Origin: Coleofasciculus chthonoplastes F2-STO-03
Lineage (GTDB): Bacteria > Cyanobacteriota > Cyanobacteriia > Cyanobacteriales > Coleofasciculaceae
Assembly: GCA_040222015.1 (NCBI GenBank)
Contig: JAVJWO010000111.1
Location: forward strand, 1 to 51,074
Length of the DNA: 51,074 nucleotides
Reading direction: 5' to 3'
The position numbers and the translations under genes are program-made. The notes beneath the pieces were generated by a model. That model saw only the letters and a program-made list of their open reading frames with translations, ran no database searches and had not been told where the DNA came from. Shown in pieces: positions 19,037 through 29,445 of the stretch. Each line of letters begins with the position of its first letter. The first letter of the stretch is position 1.

Positions 19037-20653
19037 TTGAGTATGCCAAAAAAGTATAACTATAACTTTAGATTATCTAAAAATTCTTGGCGTCTATTAA
19101 TTATTGCATTATTAGTTCTCGGTATATTCTTTCGATTTGCCAACCTGGAACAAAAACCCTATTGGGGTGATGAAAGCCTCACATCACAACGAATTTCTGG
19201 TTATACCGATCAAGATTTTCAGGCGATAGTCTTACAAGGCGAGGAAATGAAGGTAGTCGAAGTCCAAGACTATCAACTTCCTAGTCCAAAAAGAGGCTTA
19301 ATGGATGCAATAAATGCGTTGGTGAAACATGGCGAACATCCACCCCTCTATTACTTGATGGCGCGATTTTGGATGCAGTTATTTCAAAATATCGTGACTA
19401 CTCCCAGAAGTTTGTCGGCTGTTATTAGCTTGGTGGCAATGCCTTGCATCTATTTACTGTGTTGGGAACTATTTGAGTCGTCATTAGTCGGATGGGTTGC
19501 CATCGGACTTCTAGCTATTTCTCCCCTTCAGATACTCTATGCCCAAGAAGCACGGCAGTACAGCCTCTGGACAGTAACTGTATTATTATCAAGCTGGGCA
19601 TTGCTGCGAGCCATGCGTCTCCACAGTAAACTGAACTGGGGAGTTTATGTTGTAACTCTGGCACTGGGATTCTATACGCATTTGATTTCTGTAATCGTTG
19701 CGATTGGACATGGCATCTACGTACTTGTCAATGAAAGCTTCCGATTTAGTAAAACGCTGATCGCTTACGTGCTGGCATCTTTGGCAGGGTGCTTACTTTT
19801 TCTCCCTTGGATTGGGGTGATGATCGCTGATTCACAAGTCGAAAATCCATCCCCAGGCTGGAGTAAAACACCTACACCACTGCCATCGTTAGTTCAAAGT
19901 TGGTTGGTGAATATTAGTCACATTTTTGTCGATTTAAATGATAGTTTTGTTTATGAGAACTTATGGATTTATGCCCTGACATCCATTCTCGTCTTATACG
20001 CTATTTACTTTTTATGTAATCACACGCCCAAGCGGGTTTGGCTGTTTGTCTGTCTCTTAATCGCAGTCCCCGCGTTATTTTTAATACTACCCGACTTATT
20101 AGGGGGAGGAAGACGCTCGACTCCACTGCGATATTTCATCCCGTCTTCTTTGGGTATTCAGATAGCAGTTGCTTACCTAATTTTTAGTAAAATTAATCCG
20201 GGTATAAATGTTAGTAATTGGCAACAGAAGCTATGGCAGCTAATTACAGTTGTTATCGTTTCAAGTGGAGTTTTTTCTTGCGCCCTCATATCCCAATCAG
20301 ATACATGGTGGACGAAAAGTCAAGAATACTATCATACTGAGGTGGCTAAAATTGTTAATCCAACAGAACAGCCCCTGGTTATAGCAACGTGGTTCGATAT
20401 GCGTACTCTCAGTCATTCACTCGATCCCCATCTTGTTCTGCAAGATATTCGCCCGCTGCAAGAGGTTGATTCTGTAGGCAAGGGTTTCAGTAATGTATTC
20501 GTGTACCAGTCTAAAGCGGCATTGGACTACTTACTTAAAGAAAATCCTAACTATACAATAGACAAAACCTGGAAATGGAAACGGCAAACAACCCCAGTTA
20601 ATACAACTCAAACGACTCTATGGAAATTAAAGATTGGAGAGGTAAATTCTTAA
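19037..20653 (+). CDS. GT-C fold membrane glycosyltransferase (ArnT/PMT-like)
   Basis: YWGDE, EHPPLYY and YAQEARQYSL, multi-TM. Confidence 0.85.
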   Translation: MSMPKKYNYNFRLSKNSWRLLIIALLVLGIFFRFANLEQKPYWGDESLTSQRISGYTDQDFQAIVLQGEEMKVVEVQDYQLPSPKRGLMDAINALVKHGEHPPLYYLMARFWMQLFQNIVTTPRSLSAVISLVAMPCIYLLCWELFESSLVGWVAIGLLAISPLQILYAQEARQYSLWTVTVLLSSWALLRAMRLHSKLNWGVYVVTLALGFYTHLISVIVAIGHGIYVLVNESFRFSKTLIAYVLASLAGCLLFLPWIGVMIADSQVENPSPGWSKTPTPLPSLVQSWLVNISHIFVDLNDSFVYENLWIYALTSILVLYAIYFLCNHTPKRVWLFVCLLIAVPALFLILPDLLGGGRRSTPLRYFIPSSLGIQIAVAYLIFSKINPGINVSNWQQKLWQLITVVIVSSGVFSCALISQSDTWWTKSQEYYHTEVAKIVNPTEQPLVIATWFDMRTLSHSLDPHLVLQDIRPLQEVDSVGKGFSNVFVYQSKAALDYLLKENPNYTIDKTWKWKRQTTPVNTTQTTLWKLKIGEVNS

Positions 20654-20660
20654 CTAAACT

Positions 20661-22352
20661 ATGAATTTACCTTTTACTCATGCTAACCGCAAAACAGCAC
20701 AGATTCATGCTGCCATATTCTTAGCCAGTGTAATTACAGTAATTGCGGCACTGACGCTGCTGATATTTTTGGCTGATACAGTGGCGACGACAACGATTCC
20801 CTTCGATAGCGATGAAGCAGAACACGCGGTTGATGCTTGGCAAGTTTACCATAGCCTAATTAGGCTTAATTTAGGAGACTTGTTCCAAGCGATTACCAGC
20901 CAGTCCTTCTACCCATTTATCAACTCCTTATTCGTCGCGATCTCGTACTTGTTGGCTGGAGCTAGTGTCGTCTCCAGTCGTATACCATCAGTATTATTCT
21001 TCGCACTTACAGTGTTTGGCTTAGGCTGGCTCACCTTTAGGATTGCTCAACGACAAGAAGACGCCGTGAACCCAGCCGATCAATGGTTTCCCTGGACAGG
21101 TGCTATTTTCGCGATCGCCCTCGCTATTACCAGCCCGATTTTTGTCACCAATGCCGTCCTTTGTATGCTGGAAATGACGGGTGCGATGCTAGCCGTTCTG
21201 CTAATACTGATTGGGGATCAGATTGATCAAATCCGCCGCCAACGTTCACGCCTGATCGGGATTGCGATCGCGGCTTTCGTAGTCATGGCAATTGTGTTAA
21301 CCAAATACTCCTTTGGCTTATTCTACATACCTGGACTACTCGCCGCCTTAGTCACCGCCACCAAACCTGGGAAATTGGGTCGTCAAGTCTGGCTAGAAAC
21401 AACTGTAGTCCTGGGTATCTACGCCGCTGTCTTGGTTTTATGGATTCTGGTCACGGATCGACCAACAATGTGGATGTTCTTTACCAATCACCCCAGCTAC
21501 GTGGATGTTTGGTCGGTCGAGAATTTTCTCTACTACCCCATTGTCTGGCTTAACGAATACTCAACCAAAAAGCCAGTCGGACTTCTTTCCCTCACCTTCG
21601 CCGTCATCGGCGCTGTTCGCTATTGGAAACATCTACCGGTGCGGATTGGGGTTTGGTCTGTTTTGGCTGCAACCGTCGTACTCGGGATTTCAACGACCAA
21701 CTCTCAACGACATATACTGGTTATCGCACCTGTAATCTGGATGCTGGCTGGACTTGGACTCGTCAAGGTATTGCAATGGCTTAATCGTAGAATAAAGACT
21801 CGCCCCTTCGTTGTCGGTACAATCGGATTGATTTGGGCTTTACTGATTGTTTGTGCCATAGAACCTGCTTCACAGCTACACGCTCGATTGATAAAAGTGT
21901 TTGAAGGGTTACCCGTCTATGCCGAAATGCAGGAGTTCGGACTGCAAGGCGTTGACCTAAATCAACCTGTTCTGCTACTAGGATTCAATAATGATCAATA
22001 TAATCTATTGGCTATTCGCTGGCGTGCCGCCGTACTTTCTGGCAAACGCTTAGAGGATCTCAACATTGATCAGTTTCCCTTTGAACAGCGTGAAATTTAT
22101 TTGCGACGCACAGGTCGCAAGCCTCAGAAAGTTAGCGTTGATCCCAGTTTTCCCCGCCAACCCTTGGATGCTATTCTCGATAGTGGCTATTATGCTTACA
22201 TTATTGAGACTCGTAATCTGCAAGAGCAATCCAGCATTCTCCATTCTGAGCAACATTCACTCGACAATTATCCTACTGTTGCCCAGCAATTCTATCCCTG
22301 GTTAGTCACGGTCTACAAGATAGAAAATCAAGACCATTCGTTTAATTCGTGA
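20661..22352 (+). CDS. Putative GT-C fold membrane glycosyltransferase, divergent
   Basis: DSDEAEH after TM1, FYPF and LTKY, multi-TM with a soluble C-terminal domain. Confidence 0.7.
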   Translation: MNLPFTHANRKTAQIHAAIFLASVITVIAALTLLIFLADTVATTTIPFDSDEAEHAVDAWQVYHSLIRLNLGDLFQAITSQSFYPFINSLFVAISYLLAGASVVSSRIPSVLFFALTVFGLGWLTFRIAQRQEDAVNPADQWFPWTGAIFAIALAITSPIFVTNAVLCMLEMTGAMLAVLLILIGDQIDQIRRQRSRLIGIAIAAFVVMAIVLTKYSFGLFYIPGLLAALVTATKPGKLGRQVWLETTVVLGIYAAVLVLWILVTDRPTMWMFFTNHPSYVDVWSVENFLYYPIVWLNEYSTKKPVGLLSLTFAVIGAVRYWKHLPVRIGVWSVLAATVVLGISTTNSQRHILVIAPVIWMLAGLGLVKVLQWLNRRIKTRPFVVGTIGLIWALLIVCAIEPASQLHARLIKVFEGLPVYAEMQEFGLQGVDLNQPVLLLGFNNDQYNLLAIRWRAAVLSGKRLEDLNIDQFPFEQREIYLRRTGRKPQKVSVDPSFPRQPLDAILDSGYYAYIIETRNLQEQSSILHSEQHSLDNYPTVAQQFYPWLVTVYKIENQDHSFNS

Positions 22353-24343
22353 ACGGAATCATCAATATGCTGGCTTGCTTACCTTTACTCTCATTATTGC
22401 TTCTACTTCTAATTTTCCAATATCCAGGTCAAGACTGGCGGGGTTCTGTCTTATCCGCAGCGATTGTCTGGGGAGTATTGATCACGGTATTGACTGAGAC
22501 GTTAAGTCTATTTAGAGTCTTGACATTTAGTTCAGTGTTGGTCTTGTGGCTGATTACAGATATCGCACTCTTGTTTATCTATTATCGACTGGTTAAGAGA
22601 GGAAAGCGATCGCTAACTTTCCCTGAACGCCCCAAACTCACCCCAGTCTCACTGGTTTTGCTGGGCGGTGTCGTCTGTATCGTGGCGACAGTGGGTTTAA
22701 TGGCTGTGGTAGCGCCGCCGAATAATTGGGATTCTATGACCTATCATCTGGCACGGGTGGTTCATTGGATACAAAATCGCAGTGTTGCCCATTATCCCAC
22801 CTACTATTCGGCTCAATTAGTTCACCCCCCATTTGCCGAATTTGTGATCATGCACTTACAGATTCTCAGTCGGGGCGATCGCTTGGCTAATTTGGTGCAA
22901 TGGTTAAGTATGATTGGCAGCATTATTGGCGTATCCCTAATTGCTAAACAACTGGGTACAGATCAACGGGGACAAATTTTCGCAGCGATTTTCTGCGCTA
23001 CGATTCCGATGGGAATCCTGCAAGCGTCCAGCACTCAAAATGACTATGCTGTCGCTTTTTGGCTAGTTTGTCTTGCCCATTATATTCTGTTGGCATTGCC
23101 CGAAAAAAAGATTCCGCTTCCCTTAGTTCTAAGTATTGGCGCTAGCTTAGGACTGGCTGTTTTTACCAAGAGTTCAGGCTATATCTATGCCTTTCCTTTA
23201 ATGGTTTGGTTTTTCCTGGCGAAACTAAACCGCCTACGCTGGAAATTATGGAAGCCAATAGGTATCATTACTCTTATATTCTTAAGTCTGAACTTAGGTC
23301 ATTATTTACGCAACTTTGACTTATATAGAAATCCCATATCGGTAGCCGAATATTCAGCCGACTATAAAATAGAAGTGTACAGCCTGCCGACATGGATCTC
23401 CAATATTATCCGGAATCTTTCTCTCCATGTTGATATCGTTAGATACCTAGGACTACAGGATTTTATTACGCCGATTACGGGGATTAGCCACAAATTAATC
23501 AGTATAATTCATTCCGTTTTGGGCGTTGACATGAATGATCCGCGAACGACCTGGCCCCTAAACTCCTATACAGTTCCGGGTCTATCGTTTGATGAAAATG
23601 TTGCCGGAAATCCCCTGCATCTATTACTCATTGCTTTAGCGATTATAGTTTTTGTGTTTAACAAAAAATTGAGGACAAAAAACAATGTAATCGGTTATGT
23701 ATTGGCATTAATTGGTGGCTTCTTACTCCTTTGTTGGATGCTAAAAATTCAGCCTTATCAAAGTCGCCATCATCTTTCGCTATTTGTCCTATTTTCGTCT
23801 TTTGTTGGTTTAGTTTTTAACAAAAGCTGGAATCGTCATGTTTTAATAATTATGGCTGTGATTATGCTCGTAGCATCAATTCCCTTTGTGGTTGGTAATA
23901 AATACCGACCGATTGCTGCCGAGCAAAATATATTTAATACCAGCCGCAATGAACTGTACTTTGCTAATCGTAAATATCTCAAAGAACCCTATTTCGCGAC
24001 CGTTGATTTTCTCAAAAAACAAAGCTGTGAAACGATTGGGTTATCTTTAGGAGGTACAGCCGTACCATCGGGGACGTATTGGGAATATCCATTTTGGGTA
24101 CTTTTACAGGAAAATAATCCTCAAACTATTCGGGTTGAGCATATTTTACATCCGGATAATCGCTCGAATGCCAAATCGAAGATATATCCCCACAATAATT
24201 TTAATCCTTGTGCCATTATTGCGATTAGAAGTAGTAAAGAGGAACTCGTTAAAGAAATGGTGGTTCAGAGTAGCACTTATGTAAGTGCTTGGTCAGCTAA
24301 CTCAGACCAGATAAATGTGTTAGTTAAAGATAGGGGAGAGTGA
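22349..24343 (+). CDS. Putative GT-C fold membrane glycosyltransferase
   Basis: PPNNWDSMTYHLARV, QASSTQND and FTK, multi-TM. The start could be the ATG at 22367. Confidence 0.8.
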   Translation: MNGIINMLACLPLLSLLLLLLIFQYPGQDWRGSVLSAAIVWGVLITVLTETLSLFRVLTFSSVLVLWLITDIALLFIYYRLVKRGKRSLTFPERPKLTPVSLVLLGGVVCIVATVGLMAVVAPPNNWDSMTYHLARVVHWIQNRSVAHYPTYYSAQLVHPPFAEFVIMHLQILSRGDRLANLVQWLSMIGSIIGVSLIAKQLGTDQRGQIFAAIFCATIPMGILQASSTQNDYAVAFWLVCLAHYILLALPEKKIPLPLVLSIGASLGLAVFTKSSGYIYAFPLMVWFFLAKLNRLRWKLWKPIGIITLIFLSLNLGHYLRNFDLYRNPISVAEYSADYKIEVYSLPTWISNIIRNLSLHVDIVRYLGLQDFITPITGISHKLISIIHSVLGVDMNDPRTTWPLNSYTVPGLSFDENVAGNPLHLLLIALAIIVFVFNKKLRTKNNVIGYVLALIGGFLLLCWMLKIQPYQSRHHLSLFVLFSSFVGLVFNKSWNRHVLIIMAVIMLVASIPFVVGNKYRPIAAEQNIFNTSRNELYFANRKYLKEPYFATVDFLKKQSCETIGLSLGGTAVPSGTYWEYPFWVLLQENNPQTIRVEHILHPDNRSNAKSKIYPHNNFNPCAIIAIRSSKEELVKEMVVQSSTYVSAWSANSDQINVLVKDRGE

Positions 24344-24451
24344 GATAGGGCGGGTTTTGTTGTTCATTGATTTCAGCAATAGCTGACTTTAGTTCCTAAA
24401 CCCGCCCCTACAGTTCCTAAACCCGCCCCTACAGTTCCTAAACCCGCCCCT
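24344..24451. repeat. REP-like hairpin with a triplicated 21-bp right arm (AGTTCCTAAACCCGCCCCTAC)
   Basis: Left arm AGGGCGGGTTT at about 24347. Units at 24391, 24412 and 24433 (last one partial). Confidence 0.88.
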
Positions 24452-24629
24452 TGATCCTCCTGAATTTACCCACACCCCATACCCTGTCTCATTTTTAGCT
24501 GTCTTACCCGCCCATTGAGGTGTAAGCCTCTGCGCCTTCAGCCGGGGGAGTGTCAATGATTACTGGCTCGATACTTAGCGGGCATAGTAGTATCAAGATG
24601 AGTGTTTCCCTATCTTTTCCAGATATCCC

Positions 24630-25784
24630 GTGATTACCAACTCCGTTGACGCAATTCTTAACCGTGCCCTAGCTGGTGAAGACATTTCTCCAGAGGAAGG
24701 TGTGATTCTCCTCCAGCAAACTGAACCGACTGCTGTGACAGCGATTCAGGAAACGGCTGACCAATTGCGCCATCACCAAGCAGGCGATCGCGTCACCTAC
24801 GTGATTAACCGTAATATTAACTTTACCAATATTTGTACTCAACACTGTAGTTTCTGTGCCTTCCGCCGCGATGCGGGTACAGAGGGCGCTTATTGGCTAG
24901 ATTGGGGACAAATTCTGGAAAAAACGGAGGATGCAGTACAACGGGGGGCGACGGAAATTTGTATGCAGGGGGGTTTAAACCCAGAGGCAAAAATTCATGG
25001 TGCGGCTTTACCCTATTATCTGGAATTGGTGCAAACGATTAAGCAAGCATTTCCCCAATTACATCTCCATGCATTTTCCCCCCAGGAAGTCCAATTTATC
25101 GCCGAACAAGATGGATTGAGGTATGCTGATGTTATTGCCGCACTGCAAGAGGCTGGGGTTGGTTCAATGCCCGGAACGGCGGCTGAGGTTTTAGATGACG
25201 AAGTGCGGCGCATTCTTTGTCCGGAAAAGACAAATACAGCCACCTGGCTAGATATAGTAGGAACAGCGCATCAATTGGGAATGCCTACAACTAGCACAAT
25301 GCTTTCCGGTCATATTGAAACGAACCAACAGCAAATGGGGCATCTAGCCAAGCTGCGATCGCTCCAGCAACGAACTCGCAATCAAGGTTACTCAGGCTAT
25401 ATTACAGAGTTTATTTTACTGCCGTTTGTTGGTCAAGATGCCCCTAAACCGTTACGTCAGCGTGTGGGGCGAGATCAACCACTTCTTAAAGATGCCCTAT
25501 TATTAACGGCTGTGGCGCGAATTTTCCTGGGCAATTGGATTCCTAACCATCAACCAAGCTGGGTGAAATTAGGTTTGACTGGGGCGAAAGAAGCCCTGAG
25601 ATGGGGCTGTAATGATATTGGCGGTACGTTAATGGAAGAACATATTACCACCATGGCAGGGGCGCAAGGGGGAACCTGTATGGAAGTAGAAACGCTTCAG
25701 GAAGCGATTCGTTCTCTAGGGCGTTCTGATCAGCAACGAGATACACTTTATCGACCTGTACTACAGTCGTTTTCAGTCGTATGA
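24630..25784 (+). CDS. cofH: FO (7,8-didemethyl-8-hydroxy-5-deazariboflavin) synthase subunit, radical SAM
   Basis: [21 protein letters not shown] (CxxxCxxC), [16 protein letters not shown] and [12 protein letters not shown]. Confidence 0.9.
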   Translation: MITNSVDAILNRALAGEDISPEEGVILLQQTEPTAVTAIQETADQLRHHQAGDRVTYVINRNINFTNICTQHCSFCAFRRDAGTEGAYWLDWGQILEKTEDAVQRGATEICMQGGLNPEAKIHGAALPYYLELVQTIKQAFPQLHLHAFSPQEVQFIAEQDGLRYADVIAALQEAGVGSMPGTAAEVLDDEVRRILCPEKTNTATWLDIVGTAHQLGMPTTSTMLSGHIETNQQQMGHLAKLRSLQQRTRNQGYSGYITEFILLPFVGQDAPKPLRQRVGRDQPLLKDALLLTAVARIFLGNWIPNHQPSWVKLGLTGAKEALRWGCNDIGGTLMEEHITTMAGAQGGTCMEVETLQEAIRSLGRSDQQRDTLYRPVLQSFSVV

Positions 25785-26012
25785 GTGGGCGATAAATATG
25801 AAAGTAAGGGTGGGGAGCGTCATTTGTCATTCGTCATACTCGCTCCCGAAAAGAAGCAAGCTATGTCCTTTGTCAAGGTTTGAGGGTTGTTTACAACACT
25901 TAGTATGAGGCTATTGTTTTGTCTGACTACTTATTGTCATTACACAACTGGTATTCTTTCATTTAAGTCAGAACCATGTCGCCCTCAATCAATTATGGAT
26001 GATTCAACTGGA

Positions 26013-26741
26013 TTACTGGGAAATCGCCACTGATTCAGGTTGTTTAGATAAGCGCCCATCTTCCATATAAATAATCCGATCCGCAATATCCAAAATGCGA
26101 TTATCGTGGGTTACGAGTAAGATTGTACACCCCTGTTGCTTGGCTAAGTCGTGCATAATATCAACCACATCTCGTCCCGATTTTTTATCGAGAGCGGCGG
26201 TAGGTTCATCAGCTAGCACGATTTGGGGACGGCTGACAAGAGCGCGGGCGATCGCGACTCGCTGTTTTTGTCCACCTGATAGATCGGCTGGATAATAATT
26301 GATGCGCTCCTCCAAACCAACCTGCTGGAGCATTTGGGCTGCCCGATGGTGGCGTTCTGGCTTGGAAAAGATGCCATGAACTTCTAACCCCATTTGCACG
26401 TTCTCAAGCGCCGTTAAGCTGCCGTGTAAGTTGTGTGCCTGAAAAATATAACCATTATGTCGTCTTGCCTTTACCAAGTCATTCTGGCTAGCTTGACAAA
26501 GTTCTTGTCCTAACACGTTTAAACTGCCTGACTGAGCCGATCGCAAACCTCCTAATAATGTTAATAGCGTGGTTTTTCCAGACCCCGAAGGACCCGTCAT
26601 AATCACAATTTCGCCCGCGAAAATCTCTAAATTGATATCGAATAATACCTGTTTTCGCAGTTGTCCTGTGCCAAAGTAGTGGTTGAGTTGATGAATAGAA
26701 ATTACGGGTTGATTAGTCATTGGTCTTATGTTATGGGACAC
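26013..26741 (-). CDS. DevA/LolD-type ABC exporter ATP-binding protein
   Basis: GPSGSGKTT, LSGGQKQRVAIARAL, LADEPTAALD and VTHDNRI. Confidence 0.9.
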   Translation of the reverse strand: MSHNIRPMTNQPVISIHQLNHYFGTGQLRKQVLFDINLEIFAGEIVIMTGPSGSGKTTLLTLLGGLRSAQSGSLNVLGQELCQASQNDLVKARRHNGYIFQAHNLHGSLTALENVQMGLEVHGIFSKPERHHRAAQMLQQVGLEERINYYPADLSGGQKQRVAIARALVSRPQIVLADEPTAALDKKSGRDVVDIMHDLAKQQGCTILLVTHDNRILDIADRIIYMEDGRLSKQPESVAISQ

Positions 26742-26823
26742 CCTAGCTGAAAACTAGGATGGGCAAGGTTTATGGCTTAAGTTGACACGGATGTCCCTAA
26801 ACCCGCCCCTACAGATTCAACAC

Positions 26824-27765
26824 TCAACGACTGGTTGCGATCGCTAAACCAACCTGCTGGGCGGATAGGTGAATCAGTTTTAGCTCATCTTCACTCAGTT
26901 TACGCGCCTGTTGTTGCCATTGGAGGGAGAGTAGAGCTAGGAGTTCGCTGCGGTGGACAATTGGAATCAGCAGATGGGCTTTAATGCCAATTTTCTGGTA
27001 ATACTCTGTGGCGTCTTGGGGAGTTGCACCCGGGGTGTTAATCCAGACTTGCAATTGGCGATTAGCGATCGCGTCTGGCAAGAGGAGATCGGATTCTAGG
27101 GGGTTGACAAGGGATTCATCTTGGCTTTGTGTACCTTTTACATCTATCAAATGATCGTCTTCTACCAGTTGCAGGATACAGGTGTCTGTGCCGAAGCTGT
27201 CGCTAAATACTTGGGCGATTTTGGGCAAGCTGGTTTCTAGGCTTTCTGACTCTTGAGCCACTTGCACCAAGGTTTCCATGAGTGCCATTTGAGCATGGGC
27301 TCGCTGCAATTCCTCGGTGCGTTGCTTCAGGAGTTCGTAGGTTTGAACTGCCCGTTCTACCACGGTTTTGAGTTCGTTTGGGTCCCAGGGCTTGGTAATA
27401 TAGCGGTAGACTTGTCCGGCATTAATGGCTTCTACTAAGTCTTCCACATCCGTAAACCCGGTTAAGATAATCCGCATGGTATCCGGAAACTGGGGGACGG
27501 TTTTGCTCAAAAACTCCGTTCCCTTCATTTCTGGCATCCGCTGATCAGAAATAATTACGGCGACTTCTCCTTCATTAGCAAGAACAGAGAGGGCTTGAGC
27601 GCCACTTTCAGCTCTGAATACATTAAAGTGACGCCGGAAGGTGCGGTAGAGGAGATCCAAGTTATCGGGTTCATCATCCACCACAAGCATTTTCGGTTTT
27701 TGCGATCGCTCCAAACTCATGAACTGACGAGTGATATTATCAAAATTAGGGTTCACCTTGTCCAT
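26824..27765 (-). CDS. Response regulator (receiver plus C-terminal GAF domain)
   Basis: VVDDE, ISDQRMP, ILTG and YITKPW, then a GAF-like C-terminus (LLIPIVHRSELLALLSL). Confidence 0.88.
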   Translation of the reverse strand: MDKVNPNFDNITRQFMSLERSQKPKMLVVDDEPDNLDLLYRTFRRHFNVFRAESGAQALSVLANEGEVAVIISDQRMPEMKGTEFLSKTVPQFPDTMRIILTGFTDVEDLVEAINAGQVYRYITKPWDPNELKTVVERAVQTYELLKQRTEELQRAHAQMALMETLVQVAQESESLETSLPKIAQVFSDSFGTDTCILQLVEDDHLIDVKGTQSQDESLVNPLESDLLLPDAIANRQLQVWINTPGATPQDATEYYQKIGIKAHLLIPIVHRSELLALLSLQWQQQARKLSEDELKLIHLSAQQVGLAIATSR

Positions 27766-27981
27766 AACACTACAACAAACTCCAAGCGAGTCAGTTTGAA
27801 CGGGCGAGCCACAAGGAGCAGGCTATTTGAGTCTGTCCTGTTGTTCAATAGATGTCAACGGTCTTAACTTCAGCTTTTTATCTAACCCTAGCTAATTTTT
27901 GCTTTAATCTATTACTATTTAATCACGAGAAATTCAAGACATCTGCTCACTCAAAAAATACGGCAAATTTTCCTTCCCATT

Positions 27982-29076
27982 ATGACTGAAAGATCACCTG
28001 GAAATCCTTACCCTAATCCTCAAGCTAACTCAGAGACAGTAGATGCTGATGCATTGATTCAGTTGCTCAGGCGCAAAGAACGTAACTGGGTGGAGTGGGG
28101 ACAAGCCTGTCAAAAACTCCAAAGTGCTGGCTATAGTTCCCAAGCCGTTTTTGAACAAACGGGGTTTGAGCCAATCCAACAGAATCAAGTCATTGTAGCA
28201 TCTCAGGTATACGAAACGTTAGTCAAATCTGGCGTATCGGAAGCCGTGCGATCGCGCTTTGAGCGGACGGGGAGTGATATCCTCTATGAGTTGCGGATTC
28301 TCACCCAACCGGAACGAGCCGCCGCCGCTGAGTTTATTGTGGCTAGAAATTTGGATGCAGATGGTGCCCGTGAGGTGGCAAAAGCGATGAAAGAGTTGTC
28401 CCGTCGCCGCAGCCTACCAGAAGGATTTTCCGATCACCCAGGGGATGCTGTGGCGTACCAATACTGGAAACTTGCCCAACAACAGCAGAATTTACCAGAG
28501 CGATCGCGTTTAGTCGCACGAGGGTTAATGTTTGCTCATAGCCAATCCTCGCGTCAAGAAATTGAGCAGTTACTCACAGAACCCTTAGGGGGGAACCGCC
28601 GTCGAGCGCCCCGTTTGCCCCTCTATCGCGTGGAAGCGAGTGAACAATTACCGCAACTGATCCCATTGGTGGGTGAGTTTCCGGTAACGACTGCTGAGTT
28701 CCAGCAAGTGGAGGCGGTGAAGACAAAGGGGGCGTTTCAGATTGTGGATTCTGCCCATCAGCAACAGATTGTCGCCATTCCCGGTTGGCAAATCGTGGCA
28801 AAGGCACAAGAGCCTGTGGCAATTTTGGGTAATATTACTCAGCTTCCTAAGCAAGAGAATCAAAAATCAGAAGCGGTGTTGCTAATTGTTGACCGCAAAA
28901 CACCAGAATGGGATGCCGATAATTATTATATGATTGATCAATCGGGGACATTGGCAATTGAGTGGTTTTCGGAACAGCCGGATATACCGTTACTGGGACA
29001 GCTAATTCTGGTGTTACGTCCCAAGAAAATTCTCGATGAACCCTTGAGTCGGGATCTGTGGCAAATTGATGAGTAA
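27982..29076 (+). CDS. raf1: Rubisco accumulation factor 1
   Basis: LRRKERNWVEWG, FEQTGFEPIQQNQVIVASQVY, HPGDAVAY, IPGWQ and C-terminal LVLRPKKILDE..WQIDE. Confidence 0.93.
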   Translation: MTERSPGNPYPNPQANSETVDADALIQLLRRKERNWVEWGQACQKLQSAGYSSQAVFEQTGFEPIQQNQVIVASQVYETLVKSGVSEAVRSRFERTGSDILYELRILTQPERAAAAEFIVARNLDADGAREVAKAMKELSRRRSLPEGFSDHPGDAVAYQYWKLAQQQQNLPERSRLVARGLMFAHSQSSRQEIEQLLTEPLGGNRRRAPRLPLYRVEASEQLPQLIPLVGEFPVTTAEFQQVEAVKTKGAFQIVDSAHQQQIVAIPGWQIVAKAQEPVAILGNITQLPKQENQKSEAVLLIVDRKTPEWDADNYYMIDQSGTLAIEWFSEQPDIPLLGQLILVLRPKKILDEPLSRDLWQIDE

Positions 29077-29292
29077 GGCATTTGTCATTCGTCATTTGTC
29101 TTATGTCATTGGTCTTATGTCATTAGTCATTCGTCAAGTCGGGGCGGGCGCGAGTTACATCTGGGTGTACCTAAACCTCCCCCGCTTGAAATACGAGGGG
29201 AGTTAGAGCTAACCACTGCCCTTTCGATTTACCTCTAATTCGGTCTTACACGATTATGTCCTACCCGAAGTAAACTGAAATATCACTTGATC

Positions 29293-29380
29293 AGGACTTA
29301 CGCAGCTACACTATCTATAGCGGTAAGGGTGCGTTAAGCTTGGTAACGCACCCTACAAATAGAGGCTGTGCGTAAGTCCT
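29293..29380. mobile_element. 88-bp element with 12-bp TIRs AGGACTTACGCA/TGCGTAAGTCCT enclosing a REP-like hairpin
   Basis: Inner AGGGTGCGTTA...TAACGCACCCTAC. Confidence 0.75.
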
Positions 29381-29445
29381 ATTAATATCTATAACCCCAC
29401 TTTCAAAAACGGGATGCTCCAAAAATATTGGCGATTAGCTCCGAG

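Noticed and set aside
24520..24557. IS200/IS605 right-end-like sequence (..GCCTTCAGCCGGGGGAGTGTCAA)
   Set aside because: Too short and degenerate, with no matching left end or ORF found.
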